The notes: generated by a model from the sequence alone, not told the origin. A stretch of 64,000 bases of DNA from Phycisphaerales bacterium UBA2396 (GCA_002343325.1 DDSG01000029.1:4718-68717); one strand, 5' to 3'. Shown: positions 29,247 through 41,514, counted from the first letter of the stretch. Made by a program: numbers and translations.

Positions 29247-30197
29247 TCACTCGCCGGGCGATTCGTCCATCGCCCGCACCACAAGCCCCGCCCACAGCTC
29301 CCGCGGCACGTGCTGCGCGTCGATCCATAGGCTCGCGGGCGTGCGCTTCAGACGGCGTAGCCAGGTGCGCTGGTTCTTGCCGAATCGGCGCGTTTCGATC
29401 TTGATCGCTTCGACCGCCTCGTCAAGAGTGCAGCGTCCTTCGAGGTGATCGACGATCTGCTTGTACCCGAGCGCTTCGCGTGCCTGGGTTCCGAGCCGTC
29501 CGGCGGCGTGCAGCGACCGCACCTCGCCGACCAGGCCTTGCTCGATCATCGTTCGCACGCGGGCGTTGATCCGCCGGTTGATCTCCTCGATCCCCCACTC
29601 CAGCCCGACGAGCACCGCGTCACGGCGGACACGATCCTCGCGGTCCCACTGGGCCTGATGCTCGGAGATCGCCCGTCCGGTCAGCCGGTACACCTCGATC
29701 GCCCGGATCGTCCGACGCTCGTCGTTGGGGTGGATTCTCCGGGCGGCCGCGGGATCGATCCGCTCCAGCTCGGCACGCAGGCCGGGCAGCCCCACACCGC
29801 GCAACTCGTCGCGGAGGGCTTCGTCCGCCCCCGGGCCGTCGAACATCCCTTCGAGAAGAGACTTGATGTAGAGGTGAGTCCCGCCGACGACGATGGGCAC
29901 GACGCCCTGAGCGCGGAGGGAGTCGATGAGGCGGTTGGCCTCCGCGAGCCAGTCATGGACGGTAAACGGCGGGCCCGCGGGATCGCAGATGTCGATCAGG
30001 TGGTGCACGTTCCCGCCGCGTTCCTCGGGGGTGGGTTTGGCGGAGCCGATATCCATCCCACGGAAGATATGGACCGAATCCGCCGAGATGATCTCGGCGT
30101 GGCGTCCGGCGGCGGCGAGCACGCGAGCAACCTCGACCGCCAGCGCGCTCTTGCCGCCGGCAGTGGGCCCCACGATGATCGGGAATCTGGACGTCAT
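29247..30197 (-). CDS. miaA: tRNA dimethylallyltransferase
   Basis: P-loop IIVGPTAGGKSALAVEVA, ISADSVHIFRGMDIGSAKP, VVGGTHLYIKSLL. Start at internal MTSRFPI. Confidence 0.9.
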   Translation of the reverse strand: MTSRFPIIVGPTAGGKSALAVEVARVLAAAGRHAEIISADSVHIFRGMDIGSAKPTPEERGGNVHHLIDICDPAGPPFTVHDWLAEANRLIDSLRAQGVVPIVVGGTHLYIKSLLEGMFDGPGADEALRDELRGVGLPGLRAELERIDPAAARRIHPNDERRTIRAIEVYRLTGRAISEHQAQWDREDRVRRDAVLVGLEWGIEEINRRINARVRTMIEQGLVGEVRSLHAAGRLGTQAREALGYKQIVDHLEGRCTLDEAVEAIKIETRRFGKNQRTWLRRLKRTPASLWIDAQHVPRELWAGLVVRAMDESPGE

Positions 30198-30231
30198 GCC
30201 GGGGAACAGTACCCCGCGATAGACTGCCCGC

Positions 30232-31659
30232 GTGCCCCCCGAGAACTTCGCGGCCATCTTCGCGGCGTCCTATCTCCTCGTCGAGCTGGTCGCGCTCCTG
30301 CTGGCGATGGACGCGGTGATGAAAGGCCGCACGCCCCAGGGCACGGTGGCGTGGGTGGCCGGGCTGCTGGCGTTCGCCCCGATCACGATCCCGATGTACA
30401 TCGTTTTCGGATCGCGGCGCTTCGCGGGGTATGTCAAGGCACGTCGGCGTGGCGTGTCGGCGCTGAACCGCCTGGCGAACCGGTACGCCGAGCAGCTCAC
30501 GCCGTATCGCGTCGCGCTGGGTCCCAAGGCGACGGAACAAGGCCAGGACGCGCTGTTCCTGCCGGTGGTTCGTGGGAACACGGTGAATCTGCTGATGAAC
30601 GGCGAGGCGACCTTTGACACGATTTTCGCCGCCATCGCCCACGCAACGCGCTCCGTCGCGGTGCAGTTCTATATCGTGCGGGACGACGGGCTGGGCGGGC
30701 GGCTCAAGGCGGCGATGATCGACGCCGCCCGACGAGGCGTTCACGTCTACTTCCTGTACGACGGGCTGGGGTCGGCATCGCTGGGCCGCCGGTACGTGCA
30801 GGACCTGCGCGACGCCGGGGTGCACGCGCAGGAGTTCAGACCGAGCCGGGCGCCGCGGCTCCGCGTTCAGCTCAACTTCCGCAATCACCGCAAGATCGTC
30901 ATCGTCGACGGGCAGACCGCCTTCGTCGGCGGGCACAACGTCGGCGATGAGTATCTGGGCAAGAACCCCACGTTCGGTCCTTGGCGCGACACGCACATGA
31001 GCATCGAAGGGCCGGCGGCACGATCGGTGCAGCTCTCGTTCGTCGAGGACTGGTACTGCTGCACTCGCAAGCTGCCCGACCTCTGCTGGCCCGACCCGGT
31101 CTCGACGCCAGACGATGCCCGTGTCGGCATTCTCGCGACGGGGCCCGCCGACGAGGTGGAAGGATGTCTGCTCGCCTTTGTCCATCTGATCCACGCGGCC
31201 CGGACACGCCTCTGGATCGCGACGCCTTACTTTGTTCCGGACCCGGCGATCGTGGCCGCGATCCAGGCCGCCGCTCTGCGCGGGGTTGACGTGGCGCTGC
31301 TGATCCCCGCGCGGGGCGACAACCGTCTGGTCGATCTTGCCGCCCGAGCCTACCTCGAGGATTTGTTCCCGCTGGGGATCCGTATCCACGAGCACATCAA
31401 CGGGTTCATGCACCAGAAGGTCATGCTCAGCGACGACACCGCCGTGGTCGGAACCGCCAACCTCGACAACCGGTCCATGCGGATCAACTTTGAGATCTCC
31501 GCCGTGACCGATCACCCGCCCTTCGCCAGGGCGGTCGAGGCGATGCTCGCCGGGGACTTCGCCGGCTCGCGCCGGATCAACGCGGACCGTTTCGCCAAGC
31601 GGGCGTTCCACGTGCGCCTGGCAAGCCGGCTCGCGAGCCTCGCCTCCCCGGTGCTCTGA
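30232..31659 (+). CDS. cls: cardiolipin synthase (PLD superfamily, two HKD motifs)
   Basis: Two N-terminal TM helices, then HKD motifs NHRKIVIVDG and FMHQKVMLSDD, with GTANLDNRS. Confidence 0.9.
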   Translation: MPPENFAAIFAASYLLVELVALLLAMDAVMKGRTPQGTVAWVAGLLAFAPITIPMYIVFGSRRFAGYVKARRRGVSALNRLANRYAEQLTPYRVALGPKATEQGQDALFLPVVRGNTVNLLMNGEATFDTIFAAIAHATRSVAVQFYIVRDDGLGGRLKAAMIDAARRGVHVYFLYDGLGSASLGRRYVQDLRDAGVHAQEFRPSRAPRLRVQLNFRNHRKIVIVDGQTAFVGGHNVGDEYLGKNPTFGPWRDTHMSIEGPAARSVQLSFVEDWYCCTRKLPDLCWPDPVSTPDDARVGILATGPADEVEGCLLAFVHLIHAARTRLWIATPYFVPDPAIVAAIQAAALRGVDVALLIPARGDNRLVDLAARAYLEDLFPLGIRIHEHINGFMHQKVMLSDDTAVVGTANLDNRSMRINFEISAVTDHPPFARAVEAMLAGDFAGSRRINADRFAKRAFHVRLASRLASLASPVL

Positions 31660-31672
31660 CGTACGATCCCGC

Positions 31673-32641
31673 GTGGGAGACAGCGACCCATCCAAGCGCA
31701 GACCCGGGATTCTTGGGCGAGCGAAGTTCCTCTCCTCCGCGGCACGATCCGCGATGCGACGCTACCCCGCCTCGCTCTCGCGTTCGCTGCGAGAGACCCC
31801 GCCGCCGCTGGCCGCCGATCAACTCGCCGAGTCGTGGCGTCAGCTCGCCTTGCCATCCGGTCTGTCGGCCGCGTGCTGGCTCGGGCATTGCTCGGTCATG
31901 CTCAGGCTCGGGGGGCTCACCATCCTCACCGACCCGGTGCTCTCGCACGTGGTGGGGCCCAGGCTCGCAGGCCGCACCTTCGGCGCACACCGGCTCTCCC
32001 CCGCCGTCGCCTCGGCGGGCTCGCTCCCATCCCCCGACCTCGTGCTCATCTCGCACGCCCACTACGACCATCTCGATCGCCCCACGCTGGCGGCACTGGC
32101 GGGCTCGCCCGCGAGCCAGACCCGCGTGATCACCGCCCGCCGAACGAGCAGGCTGATCCCCCGGGGCTTCTCATCCATCAGCGAGCTCCATTGGGGAAGC
32201 ACGATCGAAGTTCAAGGGCTTCGGATCACCGCCCTTCGGCCCAAGCACTGGGGCGCCCGGCACATCTGGGATGTTCACCGCGGGTACAACAGCTATCTGC
32301 TCGAGGCCGATGGCTCACGAGTGCTCTTCGCGGGCGATACCGCGATGACCTCCGCCTTCGACAGCTTGGGGCCGATCGATCTGGCGATCTTCGGCATCGC
32401 CGCCTACGACCCGTGGATCCACGCCCACGCCAACCCCGAGCAGGTCTGGTCGATGGCCACCTCGATGCCCGCCCGAGCCCTGCTCCCCGTCCACCACTCC
32501 ACCTTCAATCTCAGCAACGAACCCCCGGACGAGCCCGTCCGCCGGCTTCTGGAAGCCGCGGCAGCACCGCTGCCCCTCCCACAGGCACCCCGCATCATCC
32601 TCGCCTCCCCGGGCGAGATCGTCCCCCTGGCAACCACCTAG
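31673..32641 (+). CDS. MBL-fold metallo-hydrolase (NAPE-PLD/RomA-like)
   Basis: LTDPVLS...ISHAHYDHLD, then later His/Asp ligands (HWGARH, VHHSTFN). Start codon uncertain. Confidence 0.7.
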   Translation: MGDSDPSKRRPGILGRAKFLSSAARSAMRRYPASLSRSLRETPPPLAADQLAESWRQLALPSGLSAACWLGHCSVMLRLGGLTILTDPVLSHVVGPRLAGRTFGAHRLSPAVASAGSLPSPDLVLISHAHYDHLDRPTLAALAGSPASQTRVITARRTSRLIPRGFSSISELHWGSTIEVQGLRITALRPKHWGARHIWDVHRGYNSYLLEADGSRVLFAGDTAMTSAFDSLGPIDLAIFGIAAYDPWIHAHANPEQVWSMATSMPARALLPVHHSTFNLSNEPPDEPVRRLLEAAAAPLPLPQAPRIILASPGEIVPLATT

Positions 32642-32649
32642 TGTTCTCC

Positions 32650-32997
32650 ATGCGCAACCTCATCCTCGCTGCTGTTTCGCTCGGCGTCGCCTTTGTCCTG
32701 CCCGCGTGCCACAAGGACAGCGCCGAAACGCCCCGAATGACGAGCCTCGATTCGCTGCCTCCCAACGTCGCGGTCTATCGCGTCGCGGGGATGTCGTGCC
32801 TGGGCTGCGTCGAGGACGTGACCGAAGTGCTCAATGGCGTGCCGGGCGTCGCAAAGGTCGAGGTCAAGCTCAATGAGAAGCGTGCCTTCGTCACGCTCGC
32901 CGCCGACGCCCCGGCGACCAACGACGCCCTGCTGGCCGCGCTGAACGCCAACCCGAGCCACGAGGCCACCCTCGAACGCGACGCCGCCCGCCGCTAA
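32650..32997 (+). CDS. heavy-metal-associated (HMA) domain lipoprotein / copper chaperone-like
   Basis: Lipobox VAFVLPAC. HMA motif GMSCLGCVEDVTEVLNGVPGVAKVEV. The 387-aa ORF starting at 31834 is an artefactual extension. Confidence 0.7.
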   Translation: MRNLILAAVSLGVAFVLPACHKDSAETPRMTSLDSLPPNVAVYRVAGMSCLGCVEDVTEVLNGVPGVAKVEVKLNEKRAFVTLAADAPATNDALLAALNANPSHEATLERDAARR

Positions 32998-33449
32998 CCG
33001 CGCTTGATCAGCACCAGCCCCCCGAGCATGAGCGCCACCCCGGCGACCCGCTGCACCGAGATCTCGCGCACCGCCAGCCCGAGCAGCCCGTAGTGGTCGA
33101 GCACCATCGACGCGATCAACTGCCCGACGATCATCGCGGCAAGGTAGTTCGCCGCGCCGACCTTGGGCACCAGCACGAGCGCGAGCGTGACGAAAAACGC
33201 CCCGCAAAGCCCTCCCGCCCACATCCACCAGGGCCCCGCGCCGAGCGACTCGGCCCGAGGCACGCCCGGGCGGAACGCCGCCGTCACCACGAGCATCGCG
33301 AGCAAGCCGACCGCGAAGTTGATCACCCCACCATAGACCTTTGCCCCCGCGTGCTGGGCGAACTTCGCGTTGATGGCGGGTTGAAGGGCCGTCGCCACCC
33401 CGGCCAGCAAGGCCAGTGCCAGGTACAACAGATTCTGCGGTGAGAGCAT
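32994..33449 (-). CDS. DMT-superfamily membrane protein (DUF606/YdcZ-like)
   Basis: Four TM helices (LLYLALALLAGVATALQPAINAKFAQ...), typical of the YdcZ family. Start at internal MLSPQNL. Confidence 0.6.
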   Translation of the reverse strand: MLSPQNLLYLALALLAGVATALQPAINAKFAQHAGAKVYGGVINFAVGLLAMLVVTAAFRPGVPRAESLGAGPWWMWAGGLCGAFFVTLALVLVPKVGAANYLAAMIVGQLIASMVLDHYGLLGLAVREISVQRVAGVALMLGGLVLIKRG

Positions 33450-33543
33450 GGGTCGAGCGTAGCCCTTCCTGTGCGCACGCAACATCCTGTCGCCCCGCGA
33501 CGCCACGCACATAAACCACGCCGATCTCACCACCCACTCGCGA

Positions 33544-33960
33544 TCAGATCCAGACCTGCGCGATCAGGGCCGGCTCGCGCCCCGTCGCCGTCGGCATGTC
33601 GCCCACCTGCAGCGTGGCGAACTTCACCTCCGCGTCCGGGTGCGTGTCGAGCCACTCGTTGATGTGCCGGTCCAGATATTCGAGCCCCTGCTGCGACAGC
33701 GAGCCCACGAACGTGCGCACGTGCGTGGCGCCGGCCCCGTCCTTGTTGAGAGGCCGCTTCCACCGAGACTCGACGCTCTCGACCTTTGCCGACGACAGGC
33801 TGTGGATCTTCGACACGCCGATCGAGGAGCCCACCCCAGCCCCCACTCCTGCACCGGACGCGACCCCGGGACCTGTCGGCCCTCCCCCCGCCGCCGTCGG
33901 CGTCGCCCCCGTGTTGGGCACCAGATTGGAATGCTGCGGACGGTACACATGCTCGGCCAC
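33544..33960 (-). CDS. hypothetical protein
   Basis: 138-aa ORF downstream of asnS on the same strand. Gly-rich N-terminus. C-terminal half (FVGSLSQQGLEYLDRHINEWLDTHPDAEVKFATLQV) of unknown family. Confidence 0.4.
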   Translation of the reverse strand: MAEHVYRPQHSNLVPNTGATPTAAGGGPTGPGVASGAGVGAGVGSSIGVSKIHSLSSAKVESVESRWKRPLNKDGAGATHVRTFVGSLSQQGLEYLDRHINEWLDTHPDAEVKFATLQVGDMPTATGREPALIAQVWI

Positions 33961-34158
33961 GCGACACCTCCTTCAGAACGAAGGCGGCTCAGGCCACGCC
34001 CGACCACACAAGGAGAGGCCCGGCTGCCGGGACTCGACCACTGGCATCAGTATGGCTCGCCGAGGCGGCGTCCGCAACCACGATCTGCTCGCGCCGGACA
34101 ATCTCTCCACATTTCGAACGATCTTCGCCGGACGACCCTGGGATCACCGACACCTCGC

Positions 34159-35628
<1,470 letters not shown>

Positions 35629-35771
35629 ACCAAGTACCTCCCCCCCACCGCCTGCAGAATCGGGCCCATCCTAGGTTCAACTGAACGCCGAACATCGCGA
35701 AACCCGGCCGACCCGTTCCCCTATGATCCCGCGACTGGGGGAGGTTCCCCGTCGCTCGAAAGGGGTGCACG

Positions 35772-37466
35772 ATGGCGTTGATCTCGCTTCTGATCGGTGT
35801 CCTGCTGGCCGTCGCGGTGACGGCGGCCTCGCTCAAGTCCGAGAGCCAGGCGGTCCGCAAGGCCGGGGCGTTCGTCGGGCTTCTCTTCATCATCCTTGGG
35901 TTCCTTGCCGGGTCGATCGTCTACGTCAGCCCGGACAAGGTCGGGATCATCTCAAAGAACGCCTTCGGTGCCCGGCTCGATGGGAGCAAGATCATCGCCA
36001 CCAGCGGCGAGATGGGCATCCAGGCCCGCACGCTCGCCCCGGGCTGGCACCTGGGCTACTGGCCGATCATCTTCGAAGTCCGCACGGTCCCCCTCACCGA
36101 GATCAAGTCCGACGAGGTGGGCATCATCGAAACGGCCGACGGGCTCCCCGTCCCGACGGGCGAGCTCTTCGCGCCCGAGTGGAGCGAGACGCAGTTCCAG
36201 CAGATGCTCGACGCCGAGCACTTCCTGACCGCGGGCAAGGGCTTCAAGGGCAAGCAGACCAGCGTTCTCAAGCCCGGCAAGTACCGACTCAACACCGAGC
36301 TCTACAAGGTGCGCACGGTCAAGCAGACCGAGGTCAAGCCCGGCGAGGTCGCCGTGCTCAAGAGCAACTTCGGCAAGCCGGCGTCGGTGATCGTTCGCGG
36401 CGTCGCGGGCGCGGCCGATCCCGCCGCCGACGGCACCAAGCTCCCCGAGGAGAAGCTCCTGCGTCTCGGAGACGAGGGCGAGATGGGCATCCGCGCCGCC
36501 CCGCTCCTCCCGGGCAAGTACGCCATCAACACCGACGCCTTCGAGGTCACCGAGATCTGGACCACCCAGATGATCGCCCACTACACCGCCGCCCACAGCG
36601 GGAACCCCGTCTCCTCCGACACGACGGACAGCAAGACCCTGCAGACCGACGAGCGCGAGATCCGCGTCACCACGTCCGACGGATTCCAGTTCCCTGTCGA
36701 CGTCCGGGTCGAGTACTACGTCGAGCCGCAGAACGCGCCGATCGTGGTCGCAAAGCTCGGCGACGACGAGGGCGAGCGTTTCCGCAACGTCCTCAACTCC
36801 GCGGTCCGCGCGATCTTCCGCAACAACGCCGAATCCGTCCGCGCGCTCGATTACGTGCAGCAGCGCTCTCACCAGGAAAGCCAGTCCCTCACCATGCTCC
36901 GCCAGCAGATGGCAGTCTTCGGCGTCTCCATCAGCGCCGTCCGCATCGGCAACGTGGGCGACCAGCAGACCCTCGGCAAACTCCTCGAAACCCAGACGCA
37001 GCGCGAAATCGCCAAGCAGGAGCAGGTGACGATTCAGGAGCAGCAGAAGGCGGCCGAGCAGAAGAAGCTCCTCGCCAAGGCGACGCAGGAGGCCGAGGAA
37101 GAGAAACGCCTCGCCACGGCGACCTACGAGGTCAAGATCGCCGACGAAACGATGAAGAAGCGGGTCAAGGAGGCCGAGGGCGAGGCCGAGGCCACCGAGA
37201 TCAAGGCCAAGGCCCAGGCCGACGCCTACCGCCTGATCGCCGAACAGATCGGCAAGTCCAACGCCGCCCTCATCGAGCTGCTCAAGGTCGTGGGCGAGCG
37301 CAACATTCAGATCACGCCGCGCATCCTCATCAACGGGTCGGGCGCCGACACGTCACAGGCCAACACCGCCCTCATCGGCACCATGCTGGACCGCATGATC
37401 GCCGATGACGAGAAGACCCCGCCAGCACGGCCGAACACGCCGCCGCAGGCCCCCTCCCAGCGATGA
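35772..37466 (+). CDS. SPFH/band-7 (flotillin/YqiK-like) membrane protein
   Basis: N-terminal TM helix, SPFH domain, then a long Ala/Glu/Gln/Lys-rich coiled-coil region (EQQKAAEQKKLLAKATQEAEEEKRLATA). Confidence 0.85.
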   Translation: MALISLLIGVLLAVAVTAASLKSESQAVRKAGAFVGLLFIILGFLAGSIVYVSPDKVGIISKNAFGARLDGSKIIATSGEMGIQARTLAPGWHLGYWPIIFEVRTVPLTEIKSDEVGIIETADGLPVPTGELFAPEWSETQFQQMLDAEHFLTAGKGFKGKQTSVLKPGKYRLNTELYKVRTVKQTEVKPGEVAVLKSNFGKPASVIVRGVAGAADPAADGTKLPEEKLLRLGDEGEMGIRAAPLLPGKYAINTDAFEVTEIWTTQMIAHYTAAHSGNPVSSDTTDSKTLQTDEREIRVTTSDGFQFPVDVRVEYYVEPQNAPIVVAKLGDDEGERFRNVLNSAVRAIFRNNAESVRALDYVQQRSHQESQSLTMLRQQMAVFGVSISAVRIGNVGDQQTLGKLLETQTQREIAKQEQVTIQEQQKAAEQKKLLAKATQEAEEEKRLATATYEVKIADETMKKRVKEAEGEAEATEIKAKAQADAYRLIAEQIGKSNAALIELLKVVGERNIQITPRILINGSGADTSQANTALIGTMLDRMIADDEKTPPARPNTPPQAPSQR

Positions 37467-37482
37467 ACTTCGCACATCAGTC

Positions 37483-38376
37483 TTACTGACCGACGCGGGG
37501 GTTGTTGACCCAACCCCACTTGACCGCCCCGAAGCGGTACAAGCGGTACCAATCCTGCTTCGTGCCCTTCATGTTGATGTACAGGTGGTTCGCGTTGAAA
37601 TCGCGGGCCGCATCCCCGGGGGCCACTTCCCGCGGCCCGGTCGGTGCCTTGAACAGATACACCGTGTTGTCCAGGTTCGCCACGTGCCCGCCCTTGCTGT
37701 GCCGCCGCGTCACCTGGTCATAGTTCCCCCACAGCCCGTCGACGTACGTGTCGTTGTACACCGGCGTGCTCTCCTCCACGAAGATCGGCAGCCCCGGCAT
37801 CGGCACAAGCCGGTTCACCACCTGCACGTTCGTCAACCGGATCACTCCCTCCAGCGTCCCGTCCGGCGGCAGATACGCCACCTGCGGCTTGATGTAGTTC
37901 CTCGCTCCCTCCAACTCACCCGGCATCGTGTAGTCGAACAGAATCCCCACGTCCGAGTTCCACATGTTGTTGCTGTTGGCCGAGTAGTTGCCCCGGTTCC
38001 GCTTGTTCGTCGGACACTCCGCGATCTGTGGCACGTTCGCCGCGTACTGGAACGCCCATCCCGGAGTATCACGCCGCGGATCATTCGGAGCGGCCCGATC
38101 CTCGATCCGCGCCCACCAAGCGTTGCCCGACCAGTTCGCCGTGTTGCGGACCCCGCCGTTGGGCATCCGCGGCGCAATGATCCACACCTGTTCCTTGTAG
38201 TCGTTCGCGTAGAACAGCGACGTCCACGACAACTCGCGGATGTTGCTCAGGCACTTCACCTCGCGAGCAATCTCCCTCGCCTTTCCCAGCGCGGGCAGCA
38301 GCAGCCCCACCAGCATCGCCACGATCGCGATCACCACCAGCAGCTCGATCAACGTGAACGCGCTTCGACGAACCAT
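37483..38376 (-). CDS. DUF1559 (H-X9-DG) protein with prepilin-type N-terminal cleavage/methylation domain
   Basis: [35 protein letters not shown] is a type IV pilin-like signal. The C-terminal [15 protein letters not shown] fits the H-X9-DG motif. Abundant family in Planctomycetota. Confidence 0.85.
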   Translation of the reverse strand: MVRRSAFTLIELLVVIAIVAMLVGLLLPALGKAREIAREVKCLSNIRELSWTSLFYANDYKEQVWIIAPRMPNGGVRNTANWSGNAWWARIEDRAAPNDPRRDTPGWAFQYAANVPQIAECPTNKRNRGNYSANSNNMWNSDVGILFDYTMPGELEGARNYIKPQVAYLPPDGTLEGVIRLTNVQVVNRLVPMPGLPIFVEESTPVYNDTYVDGLWGNYDQVTRRHSKGGHVANLDNTVYLFKAPTGPREVAPGDAARDFNANHLYINMKGTKQDWYRLYRFGAVKWGWVNNPRVGQ

Positions 38377-38564
38377 CACCGGCCTCCTCGCGCCCACTCA
38401 CCCCGGCCCGAACGGCACGCCGAGAACTCGACGCTCGAACCCGCTCGGGCCATCCACCCCCGCACTATACCGATTCCTCATCCCTCCACAACACCCGCAT
38501 CCCCCTAGACTTCCCTTCGAACCGCCTCCGCAGGCCCCGTTGGTCCCCACGAACGCCCTCCACC

Positions 38565-39785
38565 ATGACACCGCCCGATCCATCCCTTTCGAACGCAACC
38601 CCAACAACACCGGGCGACTCTCTCCCTCATCCGCTCGGCCTCACCTCCGATCAATTCATCAAGGCCTACGCCGGTCGCATCATTCTCGACCGCATCGGCG
38701 GTGCCCCGGGAGCGCTGCTGGCCTATCGACGCCTTTTCCGGTCCGCCAATCTTGAGGGACTCCGCCAGGCCGTTCCCCACTTCGAGACCCCCGCCGTCGC
38801 CACGCTCCTGCGCGACCAGTGCCCCGAGGGCGATGTCCTCAAGTTCTCCCTCCGAGTCCCCGGCACCACACTCGGCATCCCCGGCTCGCTCCACGGCACC
38901 CGCACCTTCGACCAACTCGCCACCGAGAGCGTCCTCATCCCCATGATCGGCCGCAAACGCCGACTCACACACACCCTCTGCGTCAGCAGCCAGGTCGGGT
39001 GCGCCATGGGCTGCCGATTCTGCGAAACCGCCCAGATGGGGCTCATCCGACACCTCGAACCCCACGAGATCGTCGCCCAGTGGTTCGCCGCCACGCACGC
39101 CGTGGGCATCCGCCCCGCCAACATGGTCTTCATGGGCATGGGCGAGCCCATGGACAACCTCGACAACGTGCTGCAGGCGATCGATGTCCTCAAGGACAAC
39201 AACGGCGCGGGGATGCCCATCTCCAAAATCACCATCTCCACCGTCGGGCGGGTCGACGGCATCCTCCGCCTCGCGGAGCACATCCACCAGCCCGGATGGC
39301 GCCGTCTCAACCTCGCGATCTCCCTCAACGCCCCGAACGACGAGGTCCGTTCCGACCTGATGCCCATCAACCGCCGCTGGAACATGGCCGAACTCCAGGC
39401 CGCCCTGCTCCAGTTCCCCATCTACGGCGGGGGCAAGCTCTGCATCGAGTACGTCCTGATCCCGGACGTCAACGACCTCCCGCATCACGCCAAAGAGATC
39501 GCCGACTTCGTCGCCCCCATCAACGCCCACTACCAGCACGAAACACTCCGCGGCGTGCCCCGCGTGATGATCAATCTCATCCCCTACAACCCCCGCCGAA
39601 ACAGCCCCTGGCCCGCCCCAACCGAAGAAGCCGTCGATCGCTTCATCGATCTCCTCAACGCCCACAACGTCTACGTGAAGCGCCGCCGAACCAAAGGCCG
39701 CGACCTCATGGGCGCCTGCGGCCAGCTCGGCTCCGCAGAGATCCGCCAGCGCAAGCTCGTGCAGGTCGGTCTGCCCAAGCCCTGA
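38565..39785 (+). CDS. rlmN: 23S rRNA (adenine2503-C2)/tRNA methyltransferase, radical SAM
   Basis: CVSSQVGCAMGCRFCETAQ radical-SAM cluster motif, MGMGEPMDN, C-terminal GACGQL. About 45-aa N-terminal extension. Confidence 0.9.
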   Translation: MTPPDPSLSNATPTTPGDSLPHPLGLTSDQFIKAYAGRIILDRIGGAPGALLAYRRLFRSANLEGLRQAVPHFETPAVATLLRDQCPEGDVLKFSLRVPGTTLGIPGSLHGTRTFDQLATESVLIPMIGRKRRLTHTLCVSSQVGCAMGCRFCETAQMGLIRHLEPHEIVAQWFAATHAVGIRPANMVFMGMGEPMDNLDNVLQAIDVLKDNNGAGMPISKITISTVGRVDGILRLAEHIHQPGWRRLNLAISLNAPNDEVRSDLMPINRRWNMAELQAALLQFPIYGGGKLCIEYVLIPDVNDLPHHAKEIADFVAPINAHYQHETLRGVPRVMINLIPYNPRRNSPWPAPTEEAVDRFIDLLNAHNVYVKRRRTKGRDLMGACGQLGSAEIRQRKLVQVGLPKP

Positions 39786-39902
39786 CCGATCCAACACGGC
39801 CGCCCCAACCCCGCTTCAACCCCACTTCAACTGAGGCCAGATCCCTCCACCGCGGCATGCCCCCGCGCGGTAGGCTCACGCCCGAACCGCAGGAGCACAC
39901 CC

Positions 39903-40766
39903 ATGCACCGCCGAGAGTTTTTCCGCGCCGCCGCCGCCACGGGCGTCACCATGTCCGCCATCCCCGCCGCCAATGCCTCAGCCTCCGAGACCATGCCACA
40001 ACCCAAGAACCGACTCAAGCAGTCGATCTGCCGCTGGTGTTTCGGCTCCTTCAAGCTCGACCAGCTCGCCCAGCACGCCAAGGACATCGGCTACCAGTCG
40101 ATCGAGCTGCTCAACCCCGACGAGTGGCCTGTGGTCGCCAAGGCCGGGCTCACCTGCGCCGTCGCCTCGTTCGTTCCCTCCAACACCATCCCGCGCGGGT
40201 TCAACCGCGTCGAACATCACGACTCGATCATCAAGGAACTCGAAGAACGCCTCCCGCTCGTCAAGGAGGCCGGCATCCCCGCCCAGATCGTCTTCTCCGG
40301 GAACCGCAACGGCCTCTCCGACGCCGATGGCCTCAAGAACTGCGCCGCCGGGCTCAAGCGGATCGTCCCCCTCGCGGAGAAACTCGGCGTCACGATCGTG
40401 ATGGAGCTCCTCAACTCACGCCGTGACCACCGCGACTACCAGTGCGACCGCACCGAGTGGGGCGCGAACCTCGTGAACGAAGTCGGCTCCGACCGCTTCC
40501 GCCTTCTCTACGACATCTACCACATGCAGATCATGGAGGGCGACGTCATCGCCACGATCCAGAAGCACCACAAAGCCATCGGCCACTACCACACCGCCGG
40601 GAACCCGGGCCGAAACGAGTTCGACGATTCGCAGGAACTCAACTACAAGGGCATCTGCAGCGCCATCGTCGCCACCGGCTACACAGGGTTCCTCGGGCAG
40701 GAATTCATGCCCCGCAAGGACCCGCTGACCTCGCTTCGCGAGGCGTTCGCCATCTGCGACGTCTGA
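39903..40766 (+). CDS. Tat-secreted sugar phosphate isomerase/epimerase (xylose isomerase-like TIM barrel, hydroxypyruvate isomerase-like)
   Basis: Twin-arginine signal MHRREFFRAAAATGVTMSA, then an AP-endonuclease-2/Hyi-like TIM barrel (VTIVMELLN, YHMQIMEGD, GHYHTAG). Confidence 0.8.
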   Translation: MHRREFFRAAAATGVTMSAIPAANASASETMPQPKNRLKQSICRWCFGSFKLDQLAQHAKDIGYQSIELLNPDEWPVVAKAGLTCAVASFVPSNTIPRGFNRVEHHDSIIKELEERLPLVKEAGIPAQIVFSGNRNGLSDADGLKNCAAGLKRIVPLAEKLGVTIVMELLNSRRDHRDYQCDRTEWGANLVNEVGSDRFRLLYDIYHMQIMEGDVIATIQKHHKAIGHYHTAGNPGRNEFDDSQELNYKGICSAIVATGYTGFLGQEFMPRKDPLTSLREAFAICDV

Positions 40767-40795
40767 TCAAGAAACACGGCACGCCCCGGAATGAC

Positions 40796-40828
40796 AGCAC
40801 GCGCGCCCGTCGCCGGACGCGCGTGCCG
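40796..40828. terminator. GC-rich hairpin between convergent genes (possible terminator)
   Basis: GCACGCGCGCCCGTCGCCGGACGCGCGTGC inverted repeat, followed by a weak T-containing tract. Confidence 0.35.
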
Positions 40829-40849
40829 TTCGATTCGCGTGCGTCTGTC

Positions 40850-41392
40850 TCAGCGAACGGCCGGGGCCTGCGGCTCGTCCTTCTCAAATTCCTTGTGCGC
40901 AGCGTCCTTGTGCGACTTGATCTTGCCGAGCGTGGCCTTCGCCTCGGCCGTCTTCCCGTCCAGGACCTGCTCCTCCAGCTCGATCAGCATCTTCAGCAGC
41001 GTGATGTGCGACCGGCGGTACGCCTCCTGGCCCTTCTCGGAAGGATCCTTGATGTTCGAGGGCTTCATCCGCTTCGCGCCCACGCACGCGCTCTGCATCT
41101 GCGAGATGTCCGCGAGATTCGCCTCTTTCTGATCCGCCTTGTCGATGTTCGCCTCGAGGTTCTTCATCGAGCGATTCATGATCTTCATCGCCTGCTCGAG
41201 CGCCCTCGCGCTGTCCACCGCCGCGGGCCTCTGACCCGCCGGAGGGGCCGTCGGCTGCACCGGCCGACCCTCGGGCTGCGTGGGCGCCACGCCCGTCGGC
41301 TTCTCTCGCACCGGCGCAGGCTGCGCCACCACCGCCGCACACGCCACCGCCAGCCCCAGAACGCCCATCGCCAACGTGCCATTCCCTGCCAT
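40850..41392 (-). CDS. periplasmic cytochrome b562-family four-helix-bundle protein
   Basis: Signal peptide MAGNGTLAMGVLGLAVACAAVVAQP. Helical body with Met near the N-terminus and C-terminal ...SHKDAAHKEF resembling CybC ...NAYHQKYR. Start at the internal Met. Confidence 0.55.
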   Translation of the reverse strand: MAGNGTLAMGVLGLAVACAAVVAQPAPVREKPTGVAPTQPEGRPVQPTAPPAGQRPAAVDSARALEQAMKIMNRSMKNLEANIDKADQKEANLADISQMQSACVGAKRMKPSNIKDPSEKGQEAYRRSHITLLKMLIELEEQVLDGKTAEAKATLGKIKSHKDAAHKEFEKDEPQAPAVR

Positions 41393-41514
41393 AAACGATG
41401 CCTCCTTCGTCGTATCCCAAACCTGTTCCGAACCAACCCGAGTATACCTCCATCGGCACCGGAACCCTCGGCTCTCGACAAACCCGCCGCCGCCCCGCAC
41501 AGTACAGTCCCATC

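Noticed and set aside
31834-32997. 387-aa ORF spanning the MBL hydrolase and HMA genes
   Set aside because: It is an out-of-frame read-through over the MBL gene (Arg/Pro-rich) that only becomes meaningful at the HMA lipoprotein start (32650).
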